DNA from: Batkoa obscura
Lineage: Eukaryota
Assembly: GCA_030770535.1 (NCBI GenBank)
Contig: JASVEC010000013.1
Coordinates: 992,001 to 1,056,000, forward strand
Direction: 5' to 3'
DNA: 64,000 bases
Each line of letters begins with the position of its first letter. Within the stretch, counting starts at the first letter, position 1. This document shows, piece by piece, positions 21,654 through 34,714 of the stretch. The notes below the pieces were generated by a model that worked only from the letters and a program-made list of their open reading frames with translations, made no database searches and was not told the origin of the DNA. The position numbers and the translations under genes are program-made.

Positions 21654-24600
21654 ATGCCTTCTACTATTAATAAAAACCAAAGCTGGGCCGAGAGCTTACC
21701 ACCAAAACAAGGTTTGTATGACCCTTCTTTAGAAAAAGATGCTTGTGGTGTGGGATTTGCTGCTCATATTAAAGGAATACCAAGCCATAAAATAGTAAGC
21801 GATGCTAGTGTTATTTTATGCAATATGACTCATAGAGGTGCTACTGGTGCTGATTTTCGTGATGGTGATGGTGCTGGTGTAATGACTTCAATGCCATATG
21901 AGTTTTTTAATAAAGAAGCTGATATATTAGGGATTAAGCTTCCACCACCCGGTCAGTATGCAACTGGTAATTTATTTTTTAACCCAAACACTATTGATGA
22001 TCAAAAGGTACGCTTTGAGAAGATTGCTACCTCTTTTGACCTTAACGTACTAGGCTGGCGTGAGGTACCAGTAGATAGCTCAATTTTAGGACCCGTATCT
22101 CTTTCAAGAGAACCTAAAATCCTTCAACCATTTATTACTTTAAATGATAAAACTTTTGATTCTAAAACTTTTACAAAGAAGCTTTATTTGCTTCGAAAAG
22201 TATCCTCTCATAACATTACATTAAAAGAATGGTTTTATATTTGTTCGCTAGCTACAGAAAATATAACTTATAAAGGCCAATTGTCCCCTATTCAAGTTTA
22301 TAAATACTTTTTAGATTTGGGAAATCATCGTTATACTGCTCATTTAGCTTTAGTCCATTCTAGATTCTCCACAAATACTTTTCCAAGTTGGAATCGTGCT
22401 CAACCGTTAAGATTCTGTGCTCATAATGGAGAAATAAACACATTGCGAGGAAATAAAAATTGGATGCAAGCTAGAGAAGGTATTATGAAAAGCACTTTTT
22501 TCGGTAAAGACCTTGAAAAACTATATCCAATCATTGAACCAGATGGTTCTGATTCCGCAGCTTTTGATAATGTTTTAGAGCTTTTATTAATGAACGGTAA
22601 ATTTTCTCTTCCAGAAGTAGTAATGATAATGGCACCAGAAGCATGGCAAAATAATCCAAACATGGACCCAAAAAAGAAAGCCTTCTATAAATGGGCTGCT
22701 TGTTTGATGGAACCATGGGATGGACCTGCCTTGTTTACCTTTTCTGATGGTCGTTATATTGGCGCAAGTTTAGATAGAAATGGGCTTAGACCATGTCGTT
22801 ATTATGTGCTTGAAGGTGATAGAATAGTTTGCGCTTCTGAAGTAGGTACTATAACTATTGACCCAACCACTGTTATCAAAAAAGGACGTTTACAGCCTGG
22901 TAGAATGCTCTTAGTGGATACTGTTGAAGGGCGTATTGTTGATGATACTGAACTTAAAACTAAAATAGCAGAACGTGAAGACTTTGGTAAATGGATTGAT
23001 AGCCAAATGCTTAGCTTAGAAGAGCTCAAAGCAGTGACTTTAGAAAATAGTCCTACTAGAGCTTACGTGTTGGACCCTGTTTCTGTTGCAAGAGACCCAA
23101 GAATGACTGTATTTGGCTTTACATTGGAGCAAATAAATTTCCTTATTTTACCAATGATAAAAGAAGGAAAGGAAGCATTGGGTTCTATGGGTAACGATAA
23201 CGCTTTAGCTTGCCTTTCTACTCAAGTAAGGCCAATTTATGAATACTTCCGCCAACTCTTTGCCCAGGTAACCAACCCACCCATTGATCCAATCCGTGAA
23301 GAAATTGTTATGTCTTTGGAATGTTATATTGGGCCAGAGGGAAATATTTTAGAAATTGAGGAATCGCAATGCCATAGAATGACGCTTCCATCTCCAATAA
23401 TTGATATTGATGAGCTTGCTTCAATTAAGAATATTTCAAAGTACGTAGCTGATTGGTCGGTAAGAACTCTTTCAATAACTTTTAAAAAAGAATTAGGGCC
23501 TTCAGGCTACCTAGAGACACTTAATCAGTTATGCGAAAGCGCAGTCGAAGCAATAAATGAAGGCGTTAAAGTAATTGTCTTATCAGATAACGAAGCTGAT
23601 GTGGACAATGTTCCTATTAGTTCTCTTATAGCTTCAGGTGCTGTTCATCAACATCTCATTAGTAACAAATTAAGATCTAAAGTTGCCTTGGTAGTTGAAA
23701 CTGGTGAAGCAAGAGAAGTACATCATTTTTGTGTACTTTTAGGATATGGTGCAGATGCTATATGTCCTTACCTTGCTCTTGAAGCAATCCTCAAATTAAA
23801 AAGAGATGGTTTGTTAGAAGAAGAAATCGATAGCCAAGTGTTAATAAAAAATTATAAAAAAGCTTCCAGTAATGGTATATTGAAAGTTATGTCAAAGATG
23901 GGTATATCTACTTTACAATCCTATAAGGGAGCTCAAATTTTTGAGGCACTTGGTATTAGTGAGGAAGTTATTGAAAAATGCTTTAATGGTACCGCTTCTA
24001 GAATTAAGGGTTCTACTTTTGAAATGCTTGCTCAAGATGCTATTCGACTTCATGAAGCTGCCTATCCTACTAGATATACAGAAAATATCAAAGGTCTTCC
24101 AGAAGTAGGAGAATATCATTGGCGTAAAGGTGGTCAAAAACATATCAATGAGCCTGTGACTGTTGCTAAACTTCAAGATGCTGTCCGAAATAAAAACAAA
24201 AATGCTTATGATGAGTATGCAAAAGCATGTCATGATTCAATCCGTAATTGTACATTGAGAGGATTACTTGATTTCGATTTCGAAAAAAGTAAAGGAATTC
24301 CAATTGATGAAGTCGAGCCTTGGGACAAAATTGTAAAAAGATTCTGTACTGGTGCTATGAGTTATGGTTCTATTTCTATGGAAGCACATTCCACCCTTGC
24401 TGCTGCTATGAATGAGCTTGGAGGTAAAAGTAATACTGGAGAAGGAGGTGAAGATCCACAAAGAGCCTCTGGATTAGTTGATGGTAAGAACTTACGTTCT
24501 GCTATTAAGCAAGTTGCATCTGGAAGATTCGGAGTTACCAGTTTTTACTTAACAAATGCAGATGAGCTTCAAATCAAAATGGCTCAGGGAGCAAAACCAG

Positions 24601-27600
24601 GTGAAGGAGGTGAACTTCCAGGACATAAAGTATCTGAAAATATTGCCAAAACACGTAAATCTACTGCTGGCGTTGGTCTTATTAGTCCCCCACCTCACCA
24701 CGACATTTATTCTATCGAAGATCTCAAACAACTCATTTATGACTTAAAAACTTCCAATCCAAGGGCAAGAGTTTCAGTTAAGCTTGTTTCCGAAGTTGGA
24801 GTAGGAATTGTTGCTTCTGGAGTTGCTAAAGCAAAGGCTGACCATATCTTAATTTCTGGACATGATGGTGGTACAGGTGCATCTAGATGGACAGGTATTA
24901 AATATGCCGGGTTACCATGGGAGTTGGGACTTGCCGAAACTCACCAAACTTTGATACTCAATGATCTTCGTGGTAGAGTTGTACTTCAAACTGATGGACA
25001 AATTAAAACAGGAAGAGATGTAGCGTTAGCATGTTTACTTGGTGCTGAAGAATGGGGTTTTGCAACCACACCTTTGATCGCAATGGGATGTACTATGATG
25101 AGGAAATGTCATCTTAATACATGTCCAGTAGGAATAGCAACTCAAGATCCCGAACTTAGAGCTAAATTTACTGGATTACCAGAGCATGTTATTAACTTTT
25201 TTTACTATGTTGCTGAAGAGCTTAGAGAAATCATGGCTAAATTAGGGTTTAGAACTATAAATGAGATGGTAGGTAGATGCGAAAAATTAAAGCTAAACTT
25301 ACCGTTTGAAAACCGTAAAGCAGCAAGCTTAGATTTGAGTTCAATTTTAGTACCTGCTTATAAGCTTCGTCCTGGGGCAGCTACATATTGTGTTAGAAAA
25401 CAAGATCATAAACTTCATACTCGATTAGATAACAAGCTAATTGCAGAAGCTGAATTAGCTATAATTAATAAAGAACCTATAACTATTGATACTGAGATAG
25501 TTAATACTGATCGTACTCTCGGTTCCACTTTATCTTACCAAATATCTAAACTACATGGAGAGGAAGGCCTTCCAAATGGTACAGTTCATGTTTTCTTAAA
25601 AGGATCCGCTGGTCAAAGTTTTGGAGCCTTTTTAGCACCAGGTGTTACATTAGAACTTCAAGGTGATGCTAATGATTATGTTGGTAAAGGTCTTTCAGGC
25701 GGGATTATTGCTATTTATCCACCAAAGGCTTCAAAGTTCAAGGCAAATGAAAACATTATTGTAGGGAATGTGTGCTTGTACGGTGCCACTTCTGGATCTG
25801 TATTTATTAGTGGTGTTGCAGCTGAGCGTTTTGCTGTTAGAAATTCTGGAGCAACTGCTGTTATTGAAGGAGTAGGTGATCATGGTTGTGAATATATGAC
25901 TGGAGGAAGGGTAGTCATCCTTGGAAATGTAGGAAGAAATTTCGCTGCAGGTATGAGTGGAGGAATAGCATATGTGCTAAATAGAGACAAAACACTTAGC
26001 GAAAACTGCAATAAGGAAATGGTCCATTTAGAAAGCGTGGAGGATAAACAAGATATTAGCGAGCTTAAAGAGTTGATTTATCAGCATTATATCAAGACAG
26101 GCTCTGAAATTGCAAAAGAAGTTTATCATTCCTTTGATGCCAATTTAAGCCAATTTATAAAGGTTATGCCAATTGATTACAAGTTAGCGTTAAAGAAGAA
26201 AGAAGAGGAAGCTAAGCAAGTAAAGACTAACGGACATGCCAATGGCCATACTAACGGTCACATTAATGGGGATGCCAAACTCGAAGAAAATAGAAGTAAA
26301 AATTTACACCAACATAAAGCTATTGGAGATATTGAAGACGTTACACCCGATGAGGAATTAATTGAAAAGAAGCTTAAATTAGCTGATAAAGTCCGTGGAT
26401 TTATTAAGTATAAGAGAAAAGGTGATCACTACCGTGAGCCCAATGCTCGCCTAAAAGATTGGAATGAAGTCAATCATCGTCTTAAGCCAAGTGAACTTAA
26501 AGTACAATCTGCAAGGTGTATGGACTGTGGTGTACCATTCTGTCAGTCCGATACTGGTTGCCCCATTGGAAACATTATACCAAAATGGAATGATTTGGTA
26601 TTTAAAGGTAAATGGAAAGAAGCTCTTGATCGTCTTATGATGACCAATAATTTCCCTGAATTTACTGGTAGAGTTTGTCCTGCTCCTTGTGAAGGTGCAT
26701 GCGTGTTAGGCATAAATTCATCTCCAGTAAGTATTAAGAGTATCGAATGTGCCATTATTGACAAAGGATTTGAAGAGAATTGGATCGTTGCTAAAGCACC
26801 TAAATTCCGTACTGGTAAAAAGGTTGCTATCATTGGATCAGGCCCAGCAGGACTTGCAGCAGCAGATCAACTTAATAAAGCAGGTCACTTAGTTACAGTG
26901 TATGACCGTAATGACCGTGCAGGAGGGCTTTTGATGTACGGAATTCCTAATATGAAATTGGACAAAAAAATAGTTCAGAGAAGGTTGGATCTACTCGAAG
27001 AAGAAGGGATTCAATTTGTGCTTAATACCGAGGTTGGTACTCATATCTCTTTTGGTGAACTTCAAGGAAATAATGACGCAGTGTTGATGGCAACCGGAGC
27101 AACTTGGCCAAGAGATTTAAATATTCCAAATAGACAATCTAATGGTATCTATTTTGCAATGGACTTTTTACAAAAAAATACCTCTGCATTGTTAAATTCT
27201 CAGTTTAAAGATACCGATAGCTATATCTCAGCTAAAGATAAGAATGTAATCGTTATCGGTGGTGGAGATACAGGCTGCGATTGTATTGGTACGTCAGTGC
27301 GTCATGGAGCTAAGTCTATCGTGAACTTTGAACTTCTACCAGAGCCGCCAGCACAGCGTGGTAACGATAATCCATGGCCACAGTTTCCAAGGGTATTTAA
27401 AGTCGATTATGGTCATGAAGAAGTACAAAAGCAATACTCGAGAGACCCAAGAGAATACTGTATACTTTCCAAAGAATTTGTTACTGATGAAAATGGTAAT
27501 GTTAAAGGAATCAATACTGTAAGAGTACAATGGGAGAAAGATAGTAACGGAAGATGGAAGATGCAAGAGATTGAAAGATCAGAGAAATTCTTTGAAGCTG

Positions 27601-27938
27601 ATCTAGTTTTATTAGCAATGGGATTCTTAGGACCTGAAAGTAAGGTTGTTAAAGAAGCAGGGTTAGCTACTACTCAAGCATCAAATATTTCAACTCCAAA
27701 AGACCAATATGCCACTTCAGTGAAAGGAGTGTTTGCAGCGGGAGATTGTCGCCGCGGGCAGTCATTGATTGTTTGGGGTATAAACGAAGGTAGACAAGCA
27801 GCACGTGAAATCGACCACTACCTTATAGGAAATACTAAACTTCCAGTTTCAGGTGGATTAGTTGAGTTAGAATTTAACAACTTGGAAGCAAATAGCGTTA
27901 GCAACCCCATACAAAACAAGGTAGAAGTGTTAGCATAG
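21654..27938 (+). CDS. GLT1: NADH-dependent glutamate synthase (fused alpha+beta, 2094 aa)
   Basis: DACGVGF Ntn-amidotransferase start, HSRFSTNT, MEPWDGPA, IKMAQGAKPGEGG, CHLNTCPVG, RCMDCGVPFC and GSGPAG; intronless. Confidence 0.98.
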   Translation: MPSTINKNQSWAESLPPKQGLYDPSLEKDACGVGFAAHIKGIPSHKIVSDASVILCNMTHRGATGADFRDGDGAGVMTSMPYEFFNKEADILGIKLPPPGQYATGNLFFNPNTIDDQKVRFEKIATSFDLNVLGWREVPVDSSILGPVSLSREPKILQPFITLNDKTFDSKTFTKKLYLLRKVSSHNITLKEWFYICSLATENITYKGQLSPIQVYKYFLDLGNHRYTAHLALVHSRFSTNTFPSWNRAQPLRFCAHNGEINTLRGNKNWMQAREGIMKSTFFGKDLEKLYPIIEPDGSDSAAFDNVLELLLMNGKFSLPEVVMIMAPEAWQNNPNMDPKKKAFYKWAACLMEPWDGPALFTFSDGRYIGASLDRNGLRPCRYYVLEGDRIVCASEVGTITIDPTTVIKKGRLQPGRMLLVDTVEGRIVDDTELKTKIAEREDFGKWIDSQMLSLEELKAVTLENSPTRAYVLDPVSVARDPRMTVFGFTLEQINFLILPMIKEGKEALGSMGNDNALACLSTQVRPIYEYFRQLFAQVTNPPIDPIREEIVMSLECYIGPEGNILEIEESQCHRMTLPSPIIDIDELASIKNISKYVADWSVRTLSITFKKELGPSGYLETLNQLCESAVEAINEGVKVIVLSDNEADVDNVPISSLIASGAVHQHLISNKLRSKVALVVETGEAREVHHFCVLLGYGADAICPYLALEAILKLKRDGLLEEEIDSQVLIKNYKKASSNGILKVMSKMGISTLQSYKGAQIFEALGISEEVIEKCFNGTASRIKGSTFEMLAQDAIRLHEAAYPTRYTENIKGLPEVGEYHWRKGGQKHINEPVTVAKLQDAVRNKNKNAYDEYAKACHDSIRNCTLRGLLDFDFEKSKGIPIDEVEPWDKIVKRFCTGAMSYGSISMEAHSTLAAAMNELGGKSNTGEGGEDPQRASGLVDGKNLRSAIKQVASGRFGVTSFYLTNADELQIKMAQGAKPGEGGELPGHKVSENIAKTRKSTAGVGLISPPPHHDIYSIEDLKQLIYDLKTSNPRARVSVKLVSEVGVGIVASGVAKAKADHILISGHDGGTGASRWTGIKYAGLPWELGLAETHQTLILNDLRGRVVLQTDGQIKTGRDVALACLLGAEEWGFATTPLIAMGCTMMRKCHLNTCPVGIATQDPELRAKFTGLPEHVINFFYYVAEELREIMAKLGFRTINEMVGRCEKLKLNLPFENRKAASLDLSSILVPAYKLRPGAATYCVRKQDHKLHTRLDNKLIAEAELAIINKEPITIDTEIVNTDRTLGSTLSYQISKLHGEEGLPNGTVHVFLKGSAGQSFGAFLAPGVTLELQGDANDYVGKGLSGGIIAIYPPKASKFKANENIIVGNVCLYGATSGSVFISGVAAERFAVRNSGATAVIEGVGDHGCEYMTGGRVVILGNVGRNFAAGMSGGIAYVLNRDKTLSENCNKEMVHLESVEDKQDISELKELIYQHYIKTGSEIAKEVYHSFDANLSQFIKVMPIDYKLALKKKEEEAKQVKTNGHANGHTNGHINGDAKLEENRSKNLHQHKAIGDIEDVTPDEELIEKKLKLADKVRGFIKYKRKGDHYREPNARLKDWNEVNHRLKPSELKVQSARCMDCGVPFCQSDTGCPIGNIIPKWNDLVFKGKWKEALDRLMMTNNFPEFTGRVCPAPCEGACVLGINSSPVSIKSIECAIIDKGFEENWIVAKAPKFRTGKKVAIIGSGPAGLAAADQLNKAGHLVTVYDRNDRAGGLLMYGIPNMKLDKKIVQRRLDLLEEEGIQFVLNTEVGTHISFGELQGNNDAVLMATGATWPRDLNIPNRQSNGIYFAMDFLQKNTSALLNSQFKDTDSYISAKDKNVIVIGGGDTGCDCIGTSVRHGAKSIVNFELLPEPPAQRGNDNPWPQFPRVFKVDYGHEEVQKQYSRDPREYCILSKEFVTDENGNVKGINTVRVQWEKDSNGRWKMQEIERSEKFFEADLVLLAMGFLGPESKVVKEAGLATTQASNISTPKDQYATSVKGVFAAGDCRRGQSLIVWGINEGRQAAREIDHYLIGNTKLPVSGGLVELEFNNLEANSVSNPIQNKVEVLA

Positions 27939-28267
27939 GTTGCTCAATTACTAGCGAGCTTATTTTTAATCTATATTCATATATTATAATTTTGATATTT
28001 ATAACTTTTTATTGTAATAAAATTTGTTAAAAAAAATTTATTTTCATTTTTTTATTGCAAAGTAGTTCATAGTAATGAAACGTCTTTTTTTTGGTTTGAT
28101 ACTATACACTTTTATAGAATATAGACTCAAAAAAACTAGTCGATTAAAAACAAGCTCTATACTGATAAGTTGTAGATATAGAAATGATTTTTTCCTTTTG
28201 ACTATTTTATCCCTTTTTGAATTTATTTATAAAAGGCTGTTAAAGTCAAAAAAAATAGAACATGGCT

Positions 28268-28374
28268 ATATTGGGATGTATTTTTTTATTTAAGAATTTT
28301 ACTAACAATCTTTCTGCTCAAATAGTGCTTAAAAAATGGAAAAAATAATGAAACCAAAAAAAACACCCCCATAT
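28268..28374 (-). mobile_element. Family A MITE, ~40 bp past the COQ5 stop codon
   Basis: ATAT-TGGGATGTA...ACACCCCC-ATAT. Confidence 0.9.
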
Positions 28375-28416
28375 ACAAATTACTAAACTATAAACTAATA
28401 TTTGATAAACTTTTAA

Positions 28417-29629
<1,213 letters not shown>

Positions 29630-30319
29630 TCAATAATCAAATCAACTCGAATATTTGACTAAAGTCAGGATTTAAATTTAAACTGTCCTAATGAAATTTC
29701 TCAAAAATGAAGTTATTGAGTAATTAAGTGCAAAGAGTATCTATTAGCACAGAGTTTAGCTTGTGTAAAATTTAAAACTAAAAAATTTGGGACAATTTCA
29801 TTTGCAAAAAAGCTGGAATACCTAACAATAGACGGAGTTAATATTCTAAAATTTAATATCAAATTCAACTATGTTGTCTATAAAATCCTTTATTTCGTTT
29901 TTTAATCATAAAGTCTATATTTGTAATGCAAATACTCTGTATATCCTGTAAGTATTAAATTTTTGAAAAGATTTGACACTTATATTAATTGCATTATTAA
30001 AATATACCTTTTGGTAGTTTATGTCTATTAATGATGATTGACTTTGATCTTATATGTTATTCACAAATTGAATATTAGCATCGATAATGACTAAGGTGTT
30101 GATTTATGAAAAAAATCAGATGGGAGCGCATTTATAGCAAAAGTATATCAGGATTAAAAATCAAAATTATAGCTTATCATTTAGAGCCAGTTAGAATAAA
30201 AAATTATGAACGCCACATACCTAATAAATACGGTAAGCAAAAGTTTATTAATCAATACAAACAACAATATGATTGTAATTATAGAGAAAAATGATAAGGA
30301 CCTGAAAGTGTAAAAACAT

Positions 30320-32086
30320 TTAAAAAACATTAAATTTCTTCAAAGGTAAATTTTGAATCTAAAAAGCCATAATTGGAATTATAAGATAGCTTTATATATC
30401 TAATAAACTTTATTAAGCCTTTATACATAACATCGCTATCATCATTTTTCCAATAGATCATTTGCTAATAAATTGATAGAAAGATAAACTAGTGTAATAA
30501 AATCGCTCAAATTGTTTATCATATTGTTGTAAATGTTCTTTTTTAATATTTATTATTTAATGGCAGAATCAACAAGTTTCCATATGTTTATAGTGCTATC
30601 ATACATTTAATAGTAATATTCTTTAGAAAGTAATTTATAATATTCAGGGGCAAAACTTAACATTGGATCTAGTAAAAACAGTTTACATATAGGGATGTAT
30701 TTTTGTGTTCAAGAATTTCACTAACAAACTTTCCACTCAAATAGCGCTTAAAAAATGGAAAAAATAATGAAACCAAAAAAAACGCCCTCATATATTTAAA
30801 ATGTAATATGAATAATTGTCTAACGAATAGTTTGATATCAAATTCATTCCATAACTTCCAAGTTCATATGTCTGCGATTATATAGCCAATTAGTATATTT
30901 TGCATTCGTCTAGAGTAGCATCAACCATTTTGTCAATTTCTTTTGTTGGTCTAATTCTATAACTGTTTTCAACATAATATATAGTTATATATTCAATTGA
31001 TTATTTACTTTATTTTTTATCAACTTACCGTTAAACCGGCTTAAATATCTACATGTTTCCAACTCTACCTGGATTGAAAATCCATAATAGAAGGATCTAA
31101 AACTATATCCTGGTGTTAAGTTGAATTCACAACTATTTAAAAATAATTCAATATTCTCTACAATTACAAGATCATTTTATGAGTTTCTTGCTTTAGTAGG
31201 AAAATATGTTATTTTTTAATTATATGTTTAAGGTGTTTGTTCGCATCTGAGTTTAATAGATTTGTGTCTCTGGATTTGATAAATACGTAAAACAAGTCTA
31301 TAATTTCCCATAATTGTTGTTTCCATCTTTGATTAATTATATCACATTCCTTGTCAATTATATCTCTCATTTTAACAGAACAATCAATACGTATTGAAGC
31401 AGTTGATCTTTAATAGCTATGAAAATACTCTGCAGCAAGTAACATAATAGCGGTGAGATTTTCTAAAAAAGGGTTATTCATGTTATTACTTAATAGTTGA
31501 TCGAAATTATCCAACTCATAGTTTAATAGCATAGTAAGCTCATTATTCGAAAATCTTATAATTTTATTTAATGTTTGGAATAACATTACCTTCAATAATG
31601 ACCTATCACTACTTTTTATTTTATCCATCAAGTATCATCTGTCCATCCAATAGCCTTCGAGATCAACTCTAGTACAATGTACGTTTACAAAACACTTAAA
31701 CAATTGACTTGGGTATATTACATTCATTAATGTTGATGATACCTTTAGTTTATTAGTTGGATTACCATCAATAAACGAAAATATATTAGATAGAAGTTCA
31801 CTATAATTCCTTATTGTATTAGACATTGTTATACCATGCTCAACTTTTGAAAAAAGTTCTCCTTTTGAATAACCAATTCTCCACTTTTCCTCCTTCTCAT
31901 TTTATACTTTATATCCAACATTTTCTTCTGTTTTTAAATTATATATATCATCCATTTTACATAGTTTACTATTAAATACTGTTTGGTTTTAGCAGAGCTA
32001 TTTCTAACATTGTATAATATGCGAGCGAGTTCCTTTTCTAATAAATTTGTCTGTTTTTCTACATCAATTTTATAAGATTTGGTCAT
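30320..32086 (-). pseudogene. Decayed copy of divergent subfamily B (TF-middle-region-like), MITE-interrupted
   Basis: MTKSYKIDVEKQ...NYVKWMIY, VDLEGYWMD, NNPFLENLTAIMLLA and MYDSTINIWKLVD, with several stops and frameshifts. Colinear with 52540-54693. Confidence 0.7.
30687..30793 (-). mobile_element. Family A MITE inside the subfamily B pseudogene
   Basis: ATAT-AGGGATGTA...ACGCCCTC-ATAT. Removing it with one ATAT restores a frame colinear with ~54198-54263. Confidence 0.9.
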
Positions 32087-32463
32087 TTATTACTGTAAAT
32101 AGGAAAATGATGGTACCTATTTATTATTCACACTTGACAATTAAGGAAGTTAAAAAATAGTACAATAAGAACAAATTTATATAAATCTAATTATACATCA
32201 CTCACCTTCTAACGTTTAATTTTGTCACGAGCAATTGTTTGCATAAAAATTTATATTCATTAAAAATTAATTTATGTATGAAACTCAGAATCCGTCTATT
32301 TACTATTATTGATTAAAAAAGAAGCCCCCTTTCTGAAATAAAATACTTAAGAAATGGTTGCTATTGATTCAAAATTGTTTTTTAACATATGAAAATTTAC
32401 ATTATTACAAAAACAGCAATAAACGTTAAATAAAATAAACATGTAAGGTTTATTTTAAGATTG

Positions 32464-34220
32464 CTAATAAGATTGGTTTAAGTATACATATATCTTTTGT
32501 GTTAAATCTTCAGACAGCTGAAATCGATGGATACAATATTTGATTTGATTTAAAGCATTGATTGAATCTTTAGCCTGCTTTACATTGTCAGATTTAGATA
32601 TTATATCAAGTTCTTTGACAAATAATAAACATTTCGTTTCAGACTCATCAATCATATATACGTCTTCAGGATGTAAAGCTGATGGTTGATGTAATAAATT
32701 AATAAGTGCGAAAAAACAATGGGATATTTGGTAATAAAATGGTATTATGTTATTGACCTGGAATTTATGCTTGGGGTTAATATAATACATCCTAGTGAAA
32801 GTTTCGCGATCAAATTTTTTATCTAGACCTTTATTTAAACAAAATGTGATGACTTGGCTAGCATGATTAAATAATAGTTTTAATTCTGGGTTTGTAAAGG
32901 GAACAGGTTGAGGATAAGCCATGACAGATGGATAGTAAAGCGTAACTATAGTATATTGAATTAAGATTTTGATAGATCTTTTAAAATTGAACTCATGATC
33001 ATCTACTCTTTCATCTAATTCTTCTTTACTATATTCACTTTCGTCTTTTGTTAATTTTTGATCTTGAATTGAATTTATTAGTATTGTCAAGCAGTTTATA
33101 AATTCTCTTTGTGGCAATAATAAATCAGTGGCAGGTATTTTAGAGTAATCTTTGGTAGTCTCGTAGCTTTCTTTTACCCTTTGTACATGTGTTGCTATTT
33201 TTATGTTTACTTCAATCAAACTTCTAACATATGGCCATCGATTCTCCTTTGAAATTTCTAAACACAATACTTTATTGATGTTGTAGTAGTTCTGGTTCTG
33301 TTTAAAGTGGTGCAAGGAATCTTTTACTTCAAATTTGATAAAGGGCATATCTGGAACACAAGGTGAAAGAACTAAGTAGGTAAGGTAGAGGGTTTTCCAA
33401 ACTTTTCTGCCTTGTAACAAATTCTTGTATCTTATATCAGTAACATCCACCTCATCAAATAAAGAATTATTATTATAACCTAAACATTGGGCCATTCTTA
33501 CAGCGTCTAAAAAATATCGCTTAGCAAAGTTGAAATTTAAGCGATATAAACCGATAAAAGATAACAGTCCTAAGGCTACCACATGATTGTAACTTGGATC
33601 AGAATAAGCTTGTGGTAAAGTTGCTTTCACTCCCCGCAAAGCTTTCCCATAAATTTGTTGGTAATTCACGCTATTGCGTGGAAGAGTGAATCCAGCGATG
33701 AGCGCAATTAAAGTATACGATAAAATATCAGGCTCCTTATTTGCTAAAATTCCCTTTGAATCTAATTCCTCAAACCATAATTTGCTTGGGTCCATAACTT
33801 TTTTGAAAAAGACAACACCGTTCTCTATGAATTCGCCATAATTCTGACCTACTTTTATTGAATCTATGTTTCCATATACTATTTCGCCTATTGAGAAGGA
33901 TGAAGCAGCATCTACATTTGAATTTCTATCTAATATAGCCTCAAATTGTGAAATCTTTCTGAGGATTTTGTTATTTTCTGTATAGTCGCTGTCTCTATTC
34001 AAAGTCTCGAGCTCCTTTTGAGCCCATTTTAAATAATCTAAAAATAAATTAGTCATTACAAGAGTTAAAAATAACTACCATATGTGATTTGTTTGACTTT
34101 CAAGTTTGAATGAGAGTCCAGTTGCTTAAATGCATTGTTTAATAAATAACCAACTCTATCTAATTTTAATTTAAATACATCTACCCTACTTCTTATCTTT
34201 ATCTTTGAGTTTGACTGCAT
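32464..34220 (-). CDS. TF-middle-region-like family A protein; exons 34220-34079 and 34037-32464
   Basis: 142-nt first exon MQSNSKIKIRSRVD... plus a 41-nt intron; DAVRMAQCLGY, GRKVWKTLYL and LYYPSV. Confidence 0.8.
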
Positions 34221-34714
34221 ACTTAACTTTCTTTTTTATTCTTTAGGTTTCTACTATTTACAACTGCATTTAATTTAATTTTGAACTTATAAAGATGAAA
34301 GTTGTTAGTTTTGTTAAAATGTCAAATTGATAAATTAACCACTTGGCAAATAAAGTAGCAACTAAAACTGTTTGATGAAATTTTAATTTTTACTTTTGGT
34401 AAGCTTAAATTAATTAGAATTGAGCATAAATTTCCAATTAAATTTAAATCAATAATTACAAAATTCATAATAATATTTTTTATTATTTATCTGTTTTTTA
34501 TATACATAAAGTTGAAATTATTAGTTAAATATTGGAGTAAGGAAACTATTTTTATAAGACTATTCAAGATATTACGTGTAACAAGCGATTTTGTAATAAA
34601 CTAAAACAGAGAAATAATAAAGTTTTGGGTTTAAATTAAACCAAGTAGTAAAGGTAAAATAAGAATATTAAGAGTGTAGATATGTAGAAAAACCCATAAT
34701 TTATTTAAATAAAG

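Noticed and set aside
26229..26270. NGH repeats in GLT1
   Set aside because: Low-complexity linker between the alpha- and beta-like regions; unremarkable.
22421..27566. Antisense and alternate-frame ORFs inside GLT1 (likewise inside Jen1, VAMP, COQ5, P450 and MFS genes)
   Set aside because: They are shadow ORFs of real genes with no independent protein features.
31410..31826. Fragments read as a transposase for the MITEs
   Set aside because: I saw no DDE-like motifs; the fragments align with the regulator-like subfamily B.
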